A stretch of DNA of 64,000 nucleotides from Sulfurimonadaceae bacterium (GCA_041571435.1 JBFFUI010000003.1:61585-125584), one strand, 5' to 3'; counted from the first letter of the stretch, positions 28,965 through 39,224 are shown. A program made the numbers and translations. Notes: generated by a model from the letters alone, not told the origin.

Positions 28965-29475
28965 CGCGAACCTTTCCGTAGATGATCTGAAGGACCAACG
29001 CACCTCCGAAGAGAAGGTACCAGCCTACTGTCGTATAGAGTGCCCAGATCTGCATCGAAGCAAACAAGACAGCCACCTGCAGCACCAGGTTGACCGTTGT
29101 AATGATCAGCCAGTAGACATGGGAGCTTTCAATAAAGGCCAGTTTTTCATCGCTCCAGGCAACCTTGGGCGTCTTCCGGACCATTGTAGCCAAAAAGGGT
29201 CTCTTCATGATGACGGCTTCTGCAAATTTGACAAAAAAGAGCGAGGTGATCAGCACCGGGAGCAGCTTGAAAACAAGTGTTGAGTCCAAGAGCCAGACCA
29301 AAAGACCAACAACGGTTGCAGCCAAAGGGACCAGAACATTTTTAAAACGGTTTTTAATCAGTTCGTAGAGTGTCCAGGGTGCCGCAAGGCTGAAGAGCGC
29401 GACACCTACAGTGTGGGGTTCAAAAAAGCGAAGACCTACTACTATGAAGAGAACATAGAGCAGTGTCAATAACAT
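28954..29475 (-). CDS. Membrane protein of aryl polyene clusters (COG4648/ApeG-like)
   Basis: Multi-TM; FKLLPV and WALYT..GWY motifs; cluster context. Confidence 0.7.
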   Translation of the reverse strand: MLLTLLYVLFIVVGLRFFEPHTVGVALFSLAAPWTLYELIKNRFKNVLVPLAATVVGLLVWLLDSTLVFKLLPVLITSLFFVKFAEAVIMKRPFLATMVRKTPKVAWSDEKLAFIESSHVYWLIITTVNLVLQVAVLFASMQIWALYTTVGWYLLFGGALVLQIIYGKVRGVK

Positions 29476-29482
29476 TAAAGGC

Positions 29483-29722
29483 TTATCCTCTAGTCATGAT
29501 CAGCGCAACGAACTCGTCCACTGTACGGATTTTCTGTGCATCTTCAGCTTTTAGGTCAATATTGAGTTTTTTATCCATCATGACAATGAGATCGATCGCG
29601 TCTAGACTGTCCATATCAAGATCTTCAAAAAAGTTGGCACCTTCGACGATCTCATCCTCTTCGACTTCAAATTCTTCTATTAAAACTTCTTTTAGCGTTG
29701 CTCTTACCAACTCTTCGGTCAT
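29483..29722 (-). CDS. Acyl carrier protein
   Basis: DLDMDSLDAIDL phosphopantetheine site. Confidence 0.93.
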   Translation of the reverse strand: MTEELVRATLKEVLIEEFEVEEDEIVEGANFFEDLDMDSLDAIDLIVMMDKKLNIDLKAEDAQKIRTVDEFVALIMTRG

Positions 29723-30957
29723 TACTGTTCCTCTATTTTTTTAAAGATAAGCGAGGTGTTGATCCCACCAAATGCAAAATTGTTATTCATAACTATATCA
29801 TGATTACCATAACGGTGTTCGAAAAGATAATCAAGCGGTGCGCAGGTCTCATCGACCTTTACAAGGTTTTTGTTTGCCGGCATCAGCCCCGTTTTCAGAC
29901 TGATAAGACCGATGATCGACTCGACGACACCGCATCCGCCGAGGATATGTCCCATGTACCCTTTGGTGCTGCTAATCGGCGTTTTGTCGCCGAAGACAGC
30001 GTAGGTCGCATGCGATTCGGCAATGTCCCCTTTAGGCGTGGATGTTGCGTGGGCATTGATGTAACCGACTTTGTCCGGTGTGATCTGTGCATCGTCAAGC
30101 GCCAGACGCATCACCTGTTCCATTCCCTCACTCGAAGGAGTGGTGATGTGTTCACCGTCGCATGAGGTCGCATACCCGATGATCTCGCCATAGATCTTGG
30201 CACCACGTGCCTTTGCCGCTTCATACTCTTCCAGAACCAGAGTGCCGGCACCCTCAGCCGTGACCAGTCCGTCACGTTTGGTATCGAACGGGCGCGGTGT
30301 CTGATCCGGCTTGTCATTGTATTCGGTTGATGTGGCTGCCATGATCTCAAAGATGCCTGCGTTGTAGGGGTGCGCCTCTTCCGAACCGCCGACAAACATC
30401 ATGTCGCTCATACCGTACTTAATACTCTCATAACCGATACCGATTGCCATCGACGACGAAGTACAGGCGGAGCAGGCAGGGATGTTGCGCCCGCGGATCT
30501 TGAACATCGCTGCGATATTGGCAGCGACCGTATGGCTCATAAACTGCAGAAAGCTCATGGAGTTCTGGCCGTTAAACGTCATCTCTTTCGAGATGGTCCC
30601 GATAGAGTCGAACAGTGCTTCGTCAGAGCCCATTGTCGAACCGAACGAGATACCCGTTCGGGGATTGGATATCTGCTCTTCGCTCAAGCCTGCATCCGCA
30701 ACGGCATCCTGCATCGTCTTAGCTGCCATGATCGCAACACGTCCCATGGAACGTCGGCTTTTACGCGGAATCGCTTTATAGTCGTTCCAGTTGACAATGC
30801 CGCAGACACGTGTCTTGAAATCTTTGTACGCAGACCACTCTTCGATATGCTGTACACCGCTCTTGGAGTTTTCCAAGGCCTCTTGGAGTTCCTGCATATC
30901 ATTACCGATCGGCGACAAAACACCGACACCGGTAATTACAACACGACGTGTATTCAT
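29722..30957 (-). CDS. Beta-ketoacyl-ACP synthase (ApeR-like)
   Basis: SACTSS, NAHATST, KGYMGH, NNFAFGG. Confidence 0.9.
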   Translation of the reverse strand: MNTRRVVITGVGVLSPIGNDMQELQEALENSKSGVQHIEEWSAYKDFKTRVCGIVNWNDYKAIPRKSRRSMGRVAIMAAKTMQDAVADAGLSEEQISNPRTGISFGSTMGSDEALFDSIGTISKEMTFNGQNSMSFLQFMSHTVAANIAAMFKIRGRNIPACSACTSSSMAIGIGYESIKYGMSDMMFVGGSEEAHPYNAGIFEIMAATSTEYNDKPDQTPRPFDTKRDGLVTAEGAGTLVLEEYEAAKARGAKIYGEIIGYATSCDGEHITTPSSEGMEQVMRLALDDAQITPDKVGYINAHATSTPKGDIAESHATYAVFGDKTPISSTKGYMGHILGGCGVVESIIGLISLKTGLMPANKNLVKVDETCAPLDYLFEHRYGNHDIVMNNNFAFGGINTSLIFKKIEEQ

Positions 30958-30960
30958 CTT

Positions 30961-31662
30961 CTACCTCACCATTCCGCCACTGATATTGATCGTCTCGGCA
31001 GTGATATACGTCGCTTTGTCCGCTAGGAAAAAGACCACCTCGGCAACCTCTTCAGGCTTGCCGATACGTCGCAGCGGGATCCCTTTTTTCATCTCTTTAA
31101 GCGGTAAATCTTCTGTCATCTCCGACTCGATAAGGCCAGGGGCGACACAATTGACACGGATCTTGTAACGTCCCATCTCCAGCGCCAGCGCTTTGGTAAA
31201 AGCGATAATACCGCCCTTGGTCGCCGAGTAGTTTGTCTGTGCCGTATTGCCGGCAATACCCGAGACCGATGACATATTGATGATGGCGCAGTTTTTCTTG
31301 GCGATCATCTTCTCGGAAACCGCCTTTGTCACATAGAACATGCTGTTAAGGTTGGTATTGATAACATCTTCCCACTCCTCATCTTTCATCCAGAAAAAGA
31401 GGTTGTCTTTCGTGATACCCGCATTGTTGACCAGCACATCCAGATCCAGTTCGCCAAAAGCCTCTTTGACGCTCGCTTTGTCACTGACGTCACAGTAAAC
31501 AATCTCACCATTCTTGACCTCATCCAGGATCTCTTGCGCCTTTGCCTGTTGCGAGCGGTAATGTATATAGACATAGTAACCGGCATCGGCAAAGGCGCGG
31601 ACACACGCCTCACCGATCGCACCGGTTGCACCTGTGATCAGGACACGCTTCTGCTCACTCAT
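30961..31662 (-). CDS. fabG: 3-oxoacyl-ACP reductase (ApeQ-like)
   Basis: TGATGAIG, NNAG, YSATK, VAPG. Confidence 0.9.
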   Translation of the reverse strand: MSEQKRVLITGATGAIGEACVRAFADAGYYVYIHYRSQQAKAQEILDEVKNGEIVYCDVSDKASVKEAFGELDLDVLVNNAGITKDNLFFWMKDEEWEDVINTNLNSMFYVTKAVSEKMIAKKNCAIINMSSVSGIAGNTAQTNYSATKGGIIAFTKALALEMGRYKIRVNCVAPGLIESEMTEDLPLKEMKKGIPLRRIGKPEEVAEVVFFLADKATYITAETINISGGMVR

Positions 31663-31663
31663 G

Positions 31664-33184
31664 TTAAGAAAGTTCTCCGTTATTGATCATCTCGACCACT
31701 TTGACAATTTCAATGTCCATACGGCGGTCTTCGACCAGTGGCGGGATGACCGTACGGATCTTTCTGTAGATCTTCTCAAGCTGAGGAGAGATCCCCTCAT
31801 GACCGCGAATATCAACAGCCTGTGCCAGTCCCATAAAGGCGATAGCAAGCATATTGTCAAGATCCGGAAGCGTACGTTTGAAGTTCAGTGCCGCTGTTGT
31901 TCCCATACTCACCTTATCCTGGTTAAGCGATTCTGTAGGACGGGAGAAGACAGAGGCCGGCATAATGTTCATCATAACATCCGCACTCAATGAACTCAGA
32001 GAGATCTGCATTGCCTTGAAACCGTGGTGGTGTGGTTTGTCAGAGAGCTTGAGGTTTTCACCGATCCCGCGGTTGAACTTATGATCGACCAAAAGCGAAA
32101 ACTGTTTATCAAGCAGATCAGCCGCATTGGCAGAACAGATCTTCAACGTGTCCATCGCATGTGCGACATAACCGCCGTAGAAGTTACCTGATGTGTAGAT
32201 CTTTTTGAACTCGCCGTCAATGATCGGATTGTCGTTGACCGCGTTACATTCGGTCTCAACCCATTTTTTAGATATCTCAAGGTTATCCCAGACAATCCCC
32301 AGTACCTGAGGTGTACAGCGGATCGAGTATTTGTCCTGGATACAGAGCGTATCATCATGGAAAAATTTCTCATAGCGCTCATCCTGTGCCTGGACAATGT
32401 CTGAGCCTTCAAGTTTTTTTGCCAGCTGCGCCGCACAGCGGATCTGACCGGCAAAAGGTTTCACCTCATGGACCAGAGGCTGAAGTGGTGTCCCGTCAGC
32501 GTGCATCATCTCAAATAGACCTGCAATAAAGCTCTCATAAGCGTGCATCCAGTTCTCAAACTTCTGCATTGCAATAATCGCGATTCCGCTCATCGACGCG
32601 GTACCGTTCATGATCGCAAGTGCCTCTTTTGGCTCTAGTTCATACGGCTCGATATCAAGCTCTTTATAGACTTCAGCACTGCTTCGGATCTCGCCTTTGT
32701 AGTAGACCTCACGCTCACCGACAATCGCTGCCGCAATATAGGAGAGCGGTGTCAAGTCACCGCTGGCACCGACTGAACCCTGCGCTGGGATTACCGGGAT
32801 AATGTCATTATTGAAGAAATAGGCCAGACGCTCCAACAGGTTTGCCGTAACACCCGAGTACCCTTTCGAGAGACTTGTCAAACGGATCAACAAAATACGC
32901 TTACATTCATCATGCGTCAGCATCTCACCAATACCGCAACCGTGGAAACGGAAGAGGTTTTTTTGCAGCTCTTTTGCCTGTTCAAACGCTGAATAGTTCG
33001 TACCTGCTTCGCCATAACCAGTTGTGACACCATAAATCGGCTTGCCCGTAGAGATCTCATTAAGCAAAAACGCGTGTGAATCCGCAATCTTTTTTCGAAA
33101 AGCCTCTTCCGTAGAGACCGCCACCTTCTCTGTATGACAAAGCTCTTCATAGTCGATATGTTGTGCATTGATTGTAATTGACAT
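31664..33184 (-). CDS. MIO-dependent aromatic amino acid ammonia-lyase (PAL/TAL/HAL family)
   Basis: YGVTTG, GSVGASGDL (ASG MIO triad), QDKYSIRC, NDNP, GNF, NQDKVSMG. Confidence 0.92.
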   Translation of the reverse strand: MSITINAQHIDYEELCHTEKVAVSTEEAFRKKIADSHAFLLNEISTGKPIYGVTTGYGEAGTNYSAFEQAKELQKNLFRFHGCGIGEMLTHDECKRILLIRLTSLSKGYSGVTANLLERLAYFFNNDIIPVIPAQGSVGASGDLTPLSYIAAAIVGEREVYYKGEIRSSAEVYKELDIEPYELEPKEALAIMNGTASMSGIAIIAMQKFENWMHAYESFIAGLFEMMHADGTPLQPLVHEVKPFAGQIRCAAQLAKKLEGSDIVQAQDERYEKFFHDDTLCIQDKYSIRCTPQVLGIVWDNLEISKKWVETECNAVNDNPIIDGEFKKIYTSGNFYGGYVAHAMDTLKICSANAADLLDKQFSLLVDHKFNRGIGENLKLSDKPHHHGFKAMQISLSSLSADVMMNIMPASVFSRPTESLNQDKVSMGTTAALNFKRTLPDLDNMLAIAFMGLAQAVDIRGHEGISPQLEKIYRKIRTVIPPLVEDRRMDIEIVKVVEMINNGELS

Positions 33185-33279
33185 CTATTTTCCCGTTAAA
33201 CTGTCACTAGATGGTGCTTTAATAGACATACATGAATAAAAAAGGTGCCCAAATATAACAGTTGTAAATATTTTTTTGT

Positions 33280-33288
33280 ATTCTAGCA
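33280..33288 (-). promoter_or_regulatory. Putative extended -10 (TGcTAGAAT) for the ammonia-lyase operon
   Basis: Motif in an AT-rich intergenic region about 95 nt upstream of the start. Confidence 0.45.
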
Positions 33289-33350
33289 CTCCAACCTAAT
33301 AAATTGACTGAAGTTATCCATGCGTATGGTGATAATTTACACTGCTATTT

Positions 33351-34073
33351 TTATTTAGCCGAGGGGGATTTTATACCTATAAGCCGAAGCAGGTTCTTGG
33401 CAAAAAGCCTTGCATGCAATTTACTCAGCCTGACGTTGTCTGTCACAGCATCAAAATGGCTGACACGCTCTTCGGGTTTTGGATAATGGACCTCGATCTC
33501 GACTTCCTCTATGCACCCGCCGCTCCAGACATAACGCACCAGCACTTCGATCTCAAAGTCATAACGCCGTTTCTCAATAGGCAGGTCTAATACAGCGACC
33601 GGGTACGAACGGAATCCGGACTGGGTGTCGTCGAGATGCAGACCTGTCTCCGTCCAGATCCAGAAGTTGCTGAACTTGCGTCCAAACTTCGATGAGCCGG
33701 GAACGTTCTCTGCAAATCTTCGACACCCGATCACGATACATTTGTCAAGGTCTTTGCCGATAAAGTTGGCGATCTCGTGCGGAAAGTGCTGTCCATCGCC
33801 GTCAACAACAAAAAAAGAGTCAAACCCCAGCTCTTTGGCTTTATGCCCGCCCGTCAAAATGGCTTCGCCCTTGCCCTTGTTCAATTCATGTCTTATAAGG
33901 TAGAGGTTTTCATCTTCATCAATGTTTAACATGACACCCGGTTCGGAACCGTCATCAACGACGATGACCGTACTTTTTGTTTTCAAGGCAGCATAGACAA
34001 CTTCTTCTATAGTATCAGGATTGTTGTATACCGGTATTACAATACAGCTTTTATACAATGAGGACTCTCTCAT
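33351..34073 (-). CDS. Glycosyltransferase family 2 (ApeJ N-terminal-like)
   Basis: VIPVYN, VDDGS, NKGKG, DGDGQH, DTQSGFR, FEIE. Confidence 0.9.
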   Translation of the reverse strand: MRESSLYKSCIVIPVYNNPDTIEEVVYAALKTKSTVIVVDDGSEPGVMLNIDEDENLYLIRHELNKGKGEAILTGGHKAKELGFDSFFVVDGDGQHFPHEIANFIGKDLDKCIVIGCRRFAENVPGSSKFGRKFSNFWIWTETGLHLDDTQSGFRSYPVAVLDLPIEKRRYDFEIEVLVRYVWSGGCIEEVEIEVHYPKPEERVSHFDAVTDNVRLSKLHARLFAKNLLRLIGIKSPSAK

Positions 34074-34212
34074 ATTTAATTTGCCAAATTATAACAGAGC
34101 GCGCCTTTATCGGATAAACCGATAATTCACTCCTATAAACGCTTTATTACAAGTTATTATATACATTCGGTTCGATATAATTCGCAAATGTTACTATAAT
34201 TGAAGGAATTGA

Positions 34213-35445
34213 ATGACTGAGTGTGATGTATTTATTATCGGAGGCGGTCCGGCCGGCTCAATTGCTGCGTTAAAACTGGTAAAAGCTGGCTATAAAGTCG
34301 AACTTGTCGAAAAAGTTAAATTTCCCCGTTTTGTTATTGGAGAGTCCCTTCTTCCACGTTGTAATGAGATTTTAGATGAGGCCGGGATCCTTGATGTTAT
34401 CGAAAATGCAGGGTTCCAGTTCAAAGGCGGTGTCGTATTCGAAAACGACAAAGATGATATCAAGGTCGTCAATTTTGAAAAAAACATGGGACAAAAACAC
34501 AACAGTTCATTCCAGGTCCGCCGAGAGACCTTTGACCACCTTCTTCTCAAAGAGGCAGAAAAAGCCGGTGCCCACGTCACAATCGAATCAGAGGTCACTG
34601 CTTACGATGAGGCTCAAAATATCGTAACCGTCATGCACAAAGACGGCAGCGAAGAGAAATATCATGCCAAAAAAGTGATCGATGCATCCGGATACGGCCG
34701 TGTCCTTCCGCGCCTGCTGGACCTTGACACGCAATCAAGCATGGCGCTTCGTGACGCTATCTTCTGCCGTGTTGAAAATGATATCCGCCCGACTGACGGG
34801 ACAGACGGGTATATTTACGTCTATGTCGTCGGTGACAACGATGCCTGGATCTGGAACATCCCGTTGAGCCCGACTGTGACCTCTGTCGGCATCGTCTGTC
34901 CGGATGAGTACTTCAAATCGTTCAACATGACACAAGCGGAGTTCTGGGACCATATCATTACGACAGATCCAAATGCAAAAGCCCGTTATGCGACAGCGAC
35001 CAAGATCAATGAGGTCGGTTTTATCGGCGGTTATTCAGCCAATGTCAGCAAGATGTTCGGTAAAAACTTTGTCATGGTTGGTAATGCCACTGAATTCCTT
35101 GATCCTGTCTTCTCTTCGGGTGTCACGCTGGCACTCGAGTCGGGTGCCAAAGCAGCCGACCTTACCATCAAAGAATTTAATGGCGACAGTGTCGACTGGC
35201 AGGTCGAATATCAAGACTATATGATGATCGGCGTCGATGTTTTCAGAGAGTATGTCGAAGCATGGTATGATGGCCGTCTACAAGGTATCCTTTTCTCAAA
35301 AATGCCGGGTGCCGACAAGATCGAACGCAAAATCGTCTCCGTACTCAGCGGGTATGTTTGGGACAAGAAAAACATGTTTGTCAACTCACCGACCGAAGCG
35401 GTCAATGCTACCTATAAAGCATTGACAGGCAGCGACCCTTTATAA
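34213..35445 (+). CDS. FAD-dependent oxidoreductase, flavin halogenase / geranylgeranyl reductase-like
   Basis: GGGPAG, FPRFVIGESLLP, DASG, WIWNIP, FLDPVFSSGV. Confidence 0.88.
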   Translation: MTECDVFIIGGGPAGSIAALKLVKAGYKVELVEKVKFPRFVIGESLLPRCNEILDEAGILDVIENAGFQFKGGVVFENDKDDIKVVNFEKNMGQKHNSSFQVRRETFDHLLLKEAEKAGAHVTIESEVTAYDEAQNIVTVMHKDGSEEKYHAKKVIDASGYGRVLPRLLDLDTQSSMALRDAIFCRVENDIRPTDGTDGYIYVYVVGDNDAWIWNIPLSPTVTSVGIVCPDEYFKSFNMTQAEFWDHIITTDPNAKARYATATKINEVGFIGGYSANVSKMFGKNFVMVGNATEFLDPVFSSGVTLALESGAKAADLTIKEFNGDSVDWQVEYQDYMMIGVDVFREYVEAWYDGRLQGILFSKMPGADKIERKIVSVLSGYVWDKKNMFVNSPTEAVNATYKALTGSDPL

Positions 35446-35552
35446 GCCTGTCCTTCAAAAAAGCTCTCTCTCATGAGCAATACAGGATTTTGGACTGACC
35501 TGTAATTTCGAGGTACGGTGTTCCTGCCTCCAATTCTAAACTGAGGAAACTA

Positions 35553-36413
35553 ATGTCAGAATATCGTGGCAGCCCCCTGGGTATTAAATTTGTTATAGCA
35601 CTCTATAATTTCTTTGGTTATAAAGCCGCAAAATCGGTGGTCTTTGTCGTTGCGCTGTTTTACACACTGGTATCGCAAAAGAAACGCAGTGAACTTGCAA
35701 GTTATTACGCTGCTGTTGATGTCCCGGACACGATCATCTCCTATTTTCACCATGTCTATGCTTTCTCGCTCAATATCTTTGATCGCTTTATCGCCAAAGA
35801 GGGGACGGAGCAGAGCAGTGTCAAAGTCGAAAAAGTCAATCTTTCGGCATTTGAGTCTCTTCATAAAAGTGGCGGTATTCTGGTATTTTCGCACCACGGC
35901 AACTGGGCACAGAGTTTTAAAATGTTCGATGTCTATGATATCCGGCTCAATATTGTCGGAGATGAAGCGATCGACGAAAGTCTGCACAAGATCGAGAACA
36001 ATGCCAGTAGCAATCAACGCATCAATATCATCAGTCTTAAAAACGGGATGCAGGCGATGCTGGACATTGCACGGGTCTTACAAAACAATGAGATTCTCAT
36101 TATCATGGTCGATCGTGTCAAAGAGGATGGAAAATGGGTTGAAGTGGAATTTCTGAACCGCCCGACACTCTTTCACAGTGGCGGGTTCGAAATCGCTATT
36201 ATGCGTAATGTACCTATGCTCGGGTGCGACATCGTACGTACCGGCGACAATGCGATCAAGGTCCATTTTTCAGAGATTATCACCTCCGAAGAAGCGTCAA
36301 AAGAGGCACGCCTTCACGATCTTGCACAACAATATGCCCGATTCCTTGAACACGTGGTCCGCGAGTATCCGTGGCAGTGGTTCAACTTCTTTGATTTTTG
36401 GAAAAAACGTTAG
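35553..36413 (+). CDS. LpxL-like acyltransferase (ApeJ C-terminal-like)
   Basis: SHHGNW, IMVDR, EFL, YPWQWFNFFDFW. Confidence 0.85.
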   Translation: MSEYRGSPLGIKFVIALYNFFGYKAAKSVVFVVALFYTLVSQKKRSELASYYAAVDVPDTIISYFHHVYAFSLNIFDRFIAKEGTEQSSVKVEKVNLSAFESLHKSGGILVFSHHGNWAQSFKMFDVYDIRLNIVGDEAIDESLHKIENNASSNQRINIISLKNGMQAMLDIARVLQNNEILIIMVDRVKEDGKWVEVEFLNRPTLFHSGGFEIAIMRNVPMLGCDIVRTGDNAIKVHFSEIITSEEASKEARLHDLAQQYARFLEHVVREYPWQWFNFFDFWKKR

Positions 36414-36414
36414 G

Positions 36415-36744
36415 TTAATGCCACTTCAGTTTGAAGTCGCCGCAGAGCATCTCACTGCTCTTATAGAGTTTGATCCGAACCCCACTTTTTGTAATGGCGA
36501 TTCGATAGGTCAACCGCTCTAGCGGAAGAACCTTGTTGACAAACTTTGCACTTGTTATCTCATCGATATCTTTTCCGAGGATCTCGGCGACAATGTCGAT
36601 CTGTAAGAAGCCCGGTAGCAGCGGCATATTCTCAAAATGAGCCTTGAAGACCGGATGGTCTGCATCGGAGAGGATGATCTCGACCGCTTCATCACTCTGG
36701 CTTACTACCTCATACAGCCCTTCAGAGAGATACGATTGGCTCAT
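36415..36744 (-). CDS. FabZ-like hotdog dehydratase (ApeI-like)
   Basis: HPVFKAHF..PLLPG, AKF..VLP. Confidence 0.82.
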   Translation of the reverse strand: MSQSYLSEGLYEVVSQSDEAVEIILSDADHPVFKAHFENMPLLPGFLQIDIVAEILGKDIDEITSAKFVNKVLPLERLTYRIAITKSGVRIKLYKSSEMLCGDFKLKWH

Positions 36745-37148
36745 AATGACTCCCCCTCTTTTTGTAAGACAACAGAAAGCTGACCGTCTGCGATCAATGT
36801 CCCATCATCCAGTACACTGAAACTCAACATAAAGAAATTGTCAAAATTACTGATATAGTGGCTCTCGATCTCAAAACGCTGTTTGTCACTGCGCTGATAC
36901 CATTTGGACTTGACTGTTAGCAGCATACCATTGGTTCGTTGTGGGACGTTGATGGCCTTTTTCTCTTCTGTCAGTTTCAAAAAGATCGATGATTGTGCAC
37001 CGGCTTCAGAGAGCATGCTCAAGGTCGGTATTGTCTCAAACTCTACGACGGTACGCGCTTCGTGTTCGCTTTGTTGCAAGAGCTCCTTGACAAAACCCAC
37101 CGGTGCTTTTTGCGGCAGATGTTCTATCAGTTCATTCAACGACGACAT
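36741..37148 (-). CDS. Hotdog dehydratase partner (ApeP-like)
   Basis: LPQKAP, EAGAQS, GMLL; cluster context. Confidence 0.7.
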   Translation of the reverse strand: MSSLNELIEHLPQKAPVGFVKELLQQSEHEARTVVEFETIPTLSMLSEAGAQSSIFLKLTEEKKAINVPQRTNGMLLTVKSKWYQRSDKQRFEIESHYISNFDNFFMLSFSVLDDGTLIADGQLSVVLQKEGESL

Positions 37149-37402
37149 TATTCGTTCCCATGTGCGTTGATATAATCATAAAGACTTTTGATCGATCTGA
37201 AGGCTTGCTCTGACGCTGCAATGTTGGGGAATACAATACTATAGGTATTGTCCAGAAAGATCGTCAGCTCTATAGCATCGACCGAATCCAGTCCCAGGCC
37301 GTCATGAAAAAGATGGTCATTATCGCCGATCTCGCTGACATCGACCCCTTCAAGGTTAAAAAGATCAATCAGTTCTGTCTTTAATTTTTCAGTAGTCATC
37401 AC
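37148..37402 (-). CDS. Acyl carrier protein
   Basis: GLGLDSVDAIEL. Confidence 0.9.
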   Translation of the reverse strand: MMTTEKLKTELIDLFNLEGVDVSEIGDNDHLFHDGLGLDSVDAIELTIFLDNTYSIVFPNIAASEQAFRSIKSLYDYINAHGNE

Positions 37403-37416
37403 GTAACAGTTATCTC

Positions 37417-38061
37417 CTAAAGCTCAAGGGCAATGACAGCGTCATCTTTGCCCTCACACGCGGCGACAACATCCAACATTGCCCAGAGTGACGGGGCATA
37501 GCCCTGATGGTTATTTGTAACGATCTCGGTATCGACATCGCTCTCCGTCGGCACCAGCGTCAAGGCGACACCGCTCTCGAGATAGTCCGTACAGCTGTTG
37601 ACCTCTTCGATGTTCGGAATATTGATCGCCTCGCAACAGACAAGCAGTACCTCTTTAGCATGCGTTACAGCCTGCAGTGCACCGGTCTGCAGGACATTGG
37701 CTGACGTGGCATCACCGCTTGAGACCGTCAGGATCTCCTCTCTGTTACCGTGCAGCAGTGAAAAGTACGAAGGGGCGGTGTTGTAGACCGAATTTTGAAA
37801 AGCGGTCGGGCTGATCGGTTCATTGGCTGCGATTGCACCCACGATATCCGCTGTCGCCTGCATCTCGCCGTATGCCGAACCGTAGACAAGCGGTCCTTCT
37901 CTGAAACCGCAGGCATCGGCAAGATAGACCATCAGACGTGCCGAACGTGTCAGACGGCGGCGCAACATCATTTTGGGCACAATACGTTTCTCATCAAGAT
38001 CTTCACATTTTGTCGCTGCCGACACTTGCGCCATGGATTTAACTCTGAAGTTCATTTTCAT
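37417..38061 (-). CDS. Ketosynthase chain-length factor (ApeC-like)
   Basis: RRRLTR, SAYGE, ISPTAFQNSVYN; truncated KS-N fold without catalytic triad. Confidence 0.82.
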   Translation of the reverse strand: MKMNFRVKSMAQVSAATKCEDLDEKRIVPKMMLRRRLTRSARLMVYLADACGFREGPLVYGSAYGEMQATADIVGAIAANEPISPTAFQNSVYNTAPSYFSLLHGNREEILTVSSGDATSANVLQTGALQAVTHAKEVLLVCCEAINIPNIEEVNSCTDYLESGVALTLVPTESDVDTEIVTNNHQGYAPSLWAMLDVVAACEGKDDAVIALEL

Positions 38062-39161
38062 TTTACGGCTCCGAAAACGACGGCGGTGTTGTTGCCGCCA
38101 AACGCGAATGAGTTTGAGATCACATAGTTGATCTCTGCATCCACCGCTTCGCGGGGAAGGTTTACCTTCTCATTCTCTGCTACCTGCAGTGAGGCCTGCG
38201 GTGCGATACGCTGTTGCTTGATCACCTCGCAAGAGATAATGGCTTCAAGCGCACCGGCAGCACCAAGGGTATGGCCGGTTATCGCCTTGGTTGAGCTCAG
38301 ATATGGATTGTGTGTAAAGAGTGTCTCAACGGCCAGTGCCTCCACCGCATCATTGGCTTGTGTACCCGTGCCATGTGCATTGACATAGTCGATGTCCGTT
38401 GTTTTGAGACCGGCATCTTCAAGCGCTTTTTGCATACAGGCGATGGCACCGCCCGCTTCAGGATCCGGATTGGTCATGTGAAACGCGTCGGAACTTCCTG
38501 AACTCCCGCACACTTCAACACTTGCATCGGTCTGTACGTTCTGCACGAGCAGTGCCGCAATACCTTCTGCGACATTCATCCCTTCTCGATCTCGCTGAAA
38601 CGGCGTGCACGGCTGGCTGGATAGAACGCCCAAAGCCTGAAAACCGCAGACTGTGGTGTAACAGAGGGCATCTGCACCCACCACCAATACATTCTCATAC
38701 GCACCTAGGTTGATAAGGCGCTGCGCCAGCATCATTGCATTGGCACTTGATGTACAGGCCGTTGAGATAGAGCGGCTGTCTTTAAAACCGAACGTTCTGT
38801 TCAAAGCGTCGGAGATCACAGAGATCGCATGCTCTTTCGGATTGATGTTCTTATAGCTCTTCTCTTTGAAAAAGATCTGTTCGCTTTTACCGATTCCCCC
38901 AACAGAAGAGCCGACGATCAGAAGCGTGTCATTAAAGTTGTCAAGATTGCTTTTGTCGAGCACGCTCTGCGTTACTACCGTCAATGAACTGAAAAACTCA
39001 TTTGGGGCAAAAGAACCCAATCCGGCCTGTTGTTCGGGCATGTAGCTCGTGTCAATAGTGATACCACTCTGTTTTGAATAGATTGCCGTCATCAACTCCG
39101 CCGTATTTCCAGCGCAGCTTAGGGATTCGTAGGCGTTGACAAAGACACGGTTTTTTTGCAT
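38058..39161 (-). CDS. Aryl polyene ketosynthase (ApeO-like)
   Basis: TACTSS, NAHGTGT, GHTLGAAG, SNSFAFGG. Confidence 0.9.
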   Translation of the reverse strand: MQKNRVFVNAYESLSCAGNTAELMTAIYSKQSGITIDTSYMPEQQAGLGSFAPNEFFSSLTVVTQSVLDKSNLDNFNDTLLIVGSSVGGIGKSEQIFFKEKSYKNINPKEHAISVISDALNRTFGFKDSRSISTACTSSANAMMLAQRLINLGAYENVLVVGADALCYTTVCGFQALGVLSSQPCTPFQRDREGMNVAEGIAALLVQNVQTDASVEVCGSSGSSDAFHMTNPDPEAGGAIACMQKALEDAGLKTTDIDYVNAHGTGTQANDAVEALAVETLFTHNPYLSSTKAITGHTLGAAGALEAIISCEVIKQQRIAPQASLQVAENEKVNLPREAVDAEINYVISNSFAFGGNNTAVVFGAVK

Positions 39162-39224
39162 AAAACGACCTCTAAAAATTTTTAAAAATATACCACATAG
39201 GCACTAAAAACGAAGTAAGCCCGC

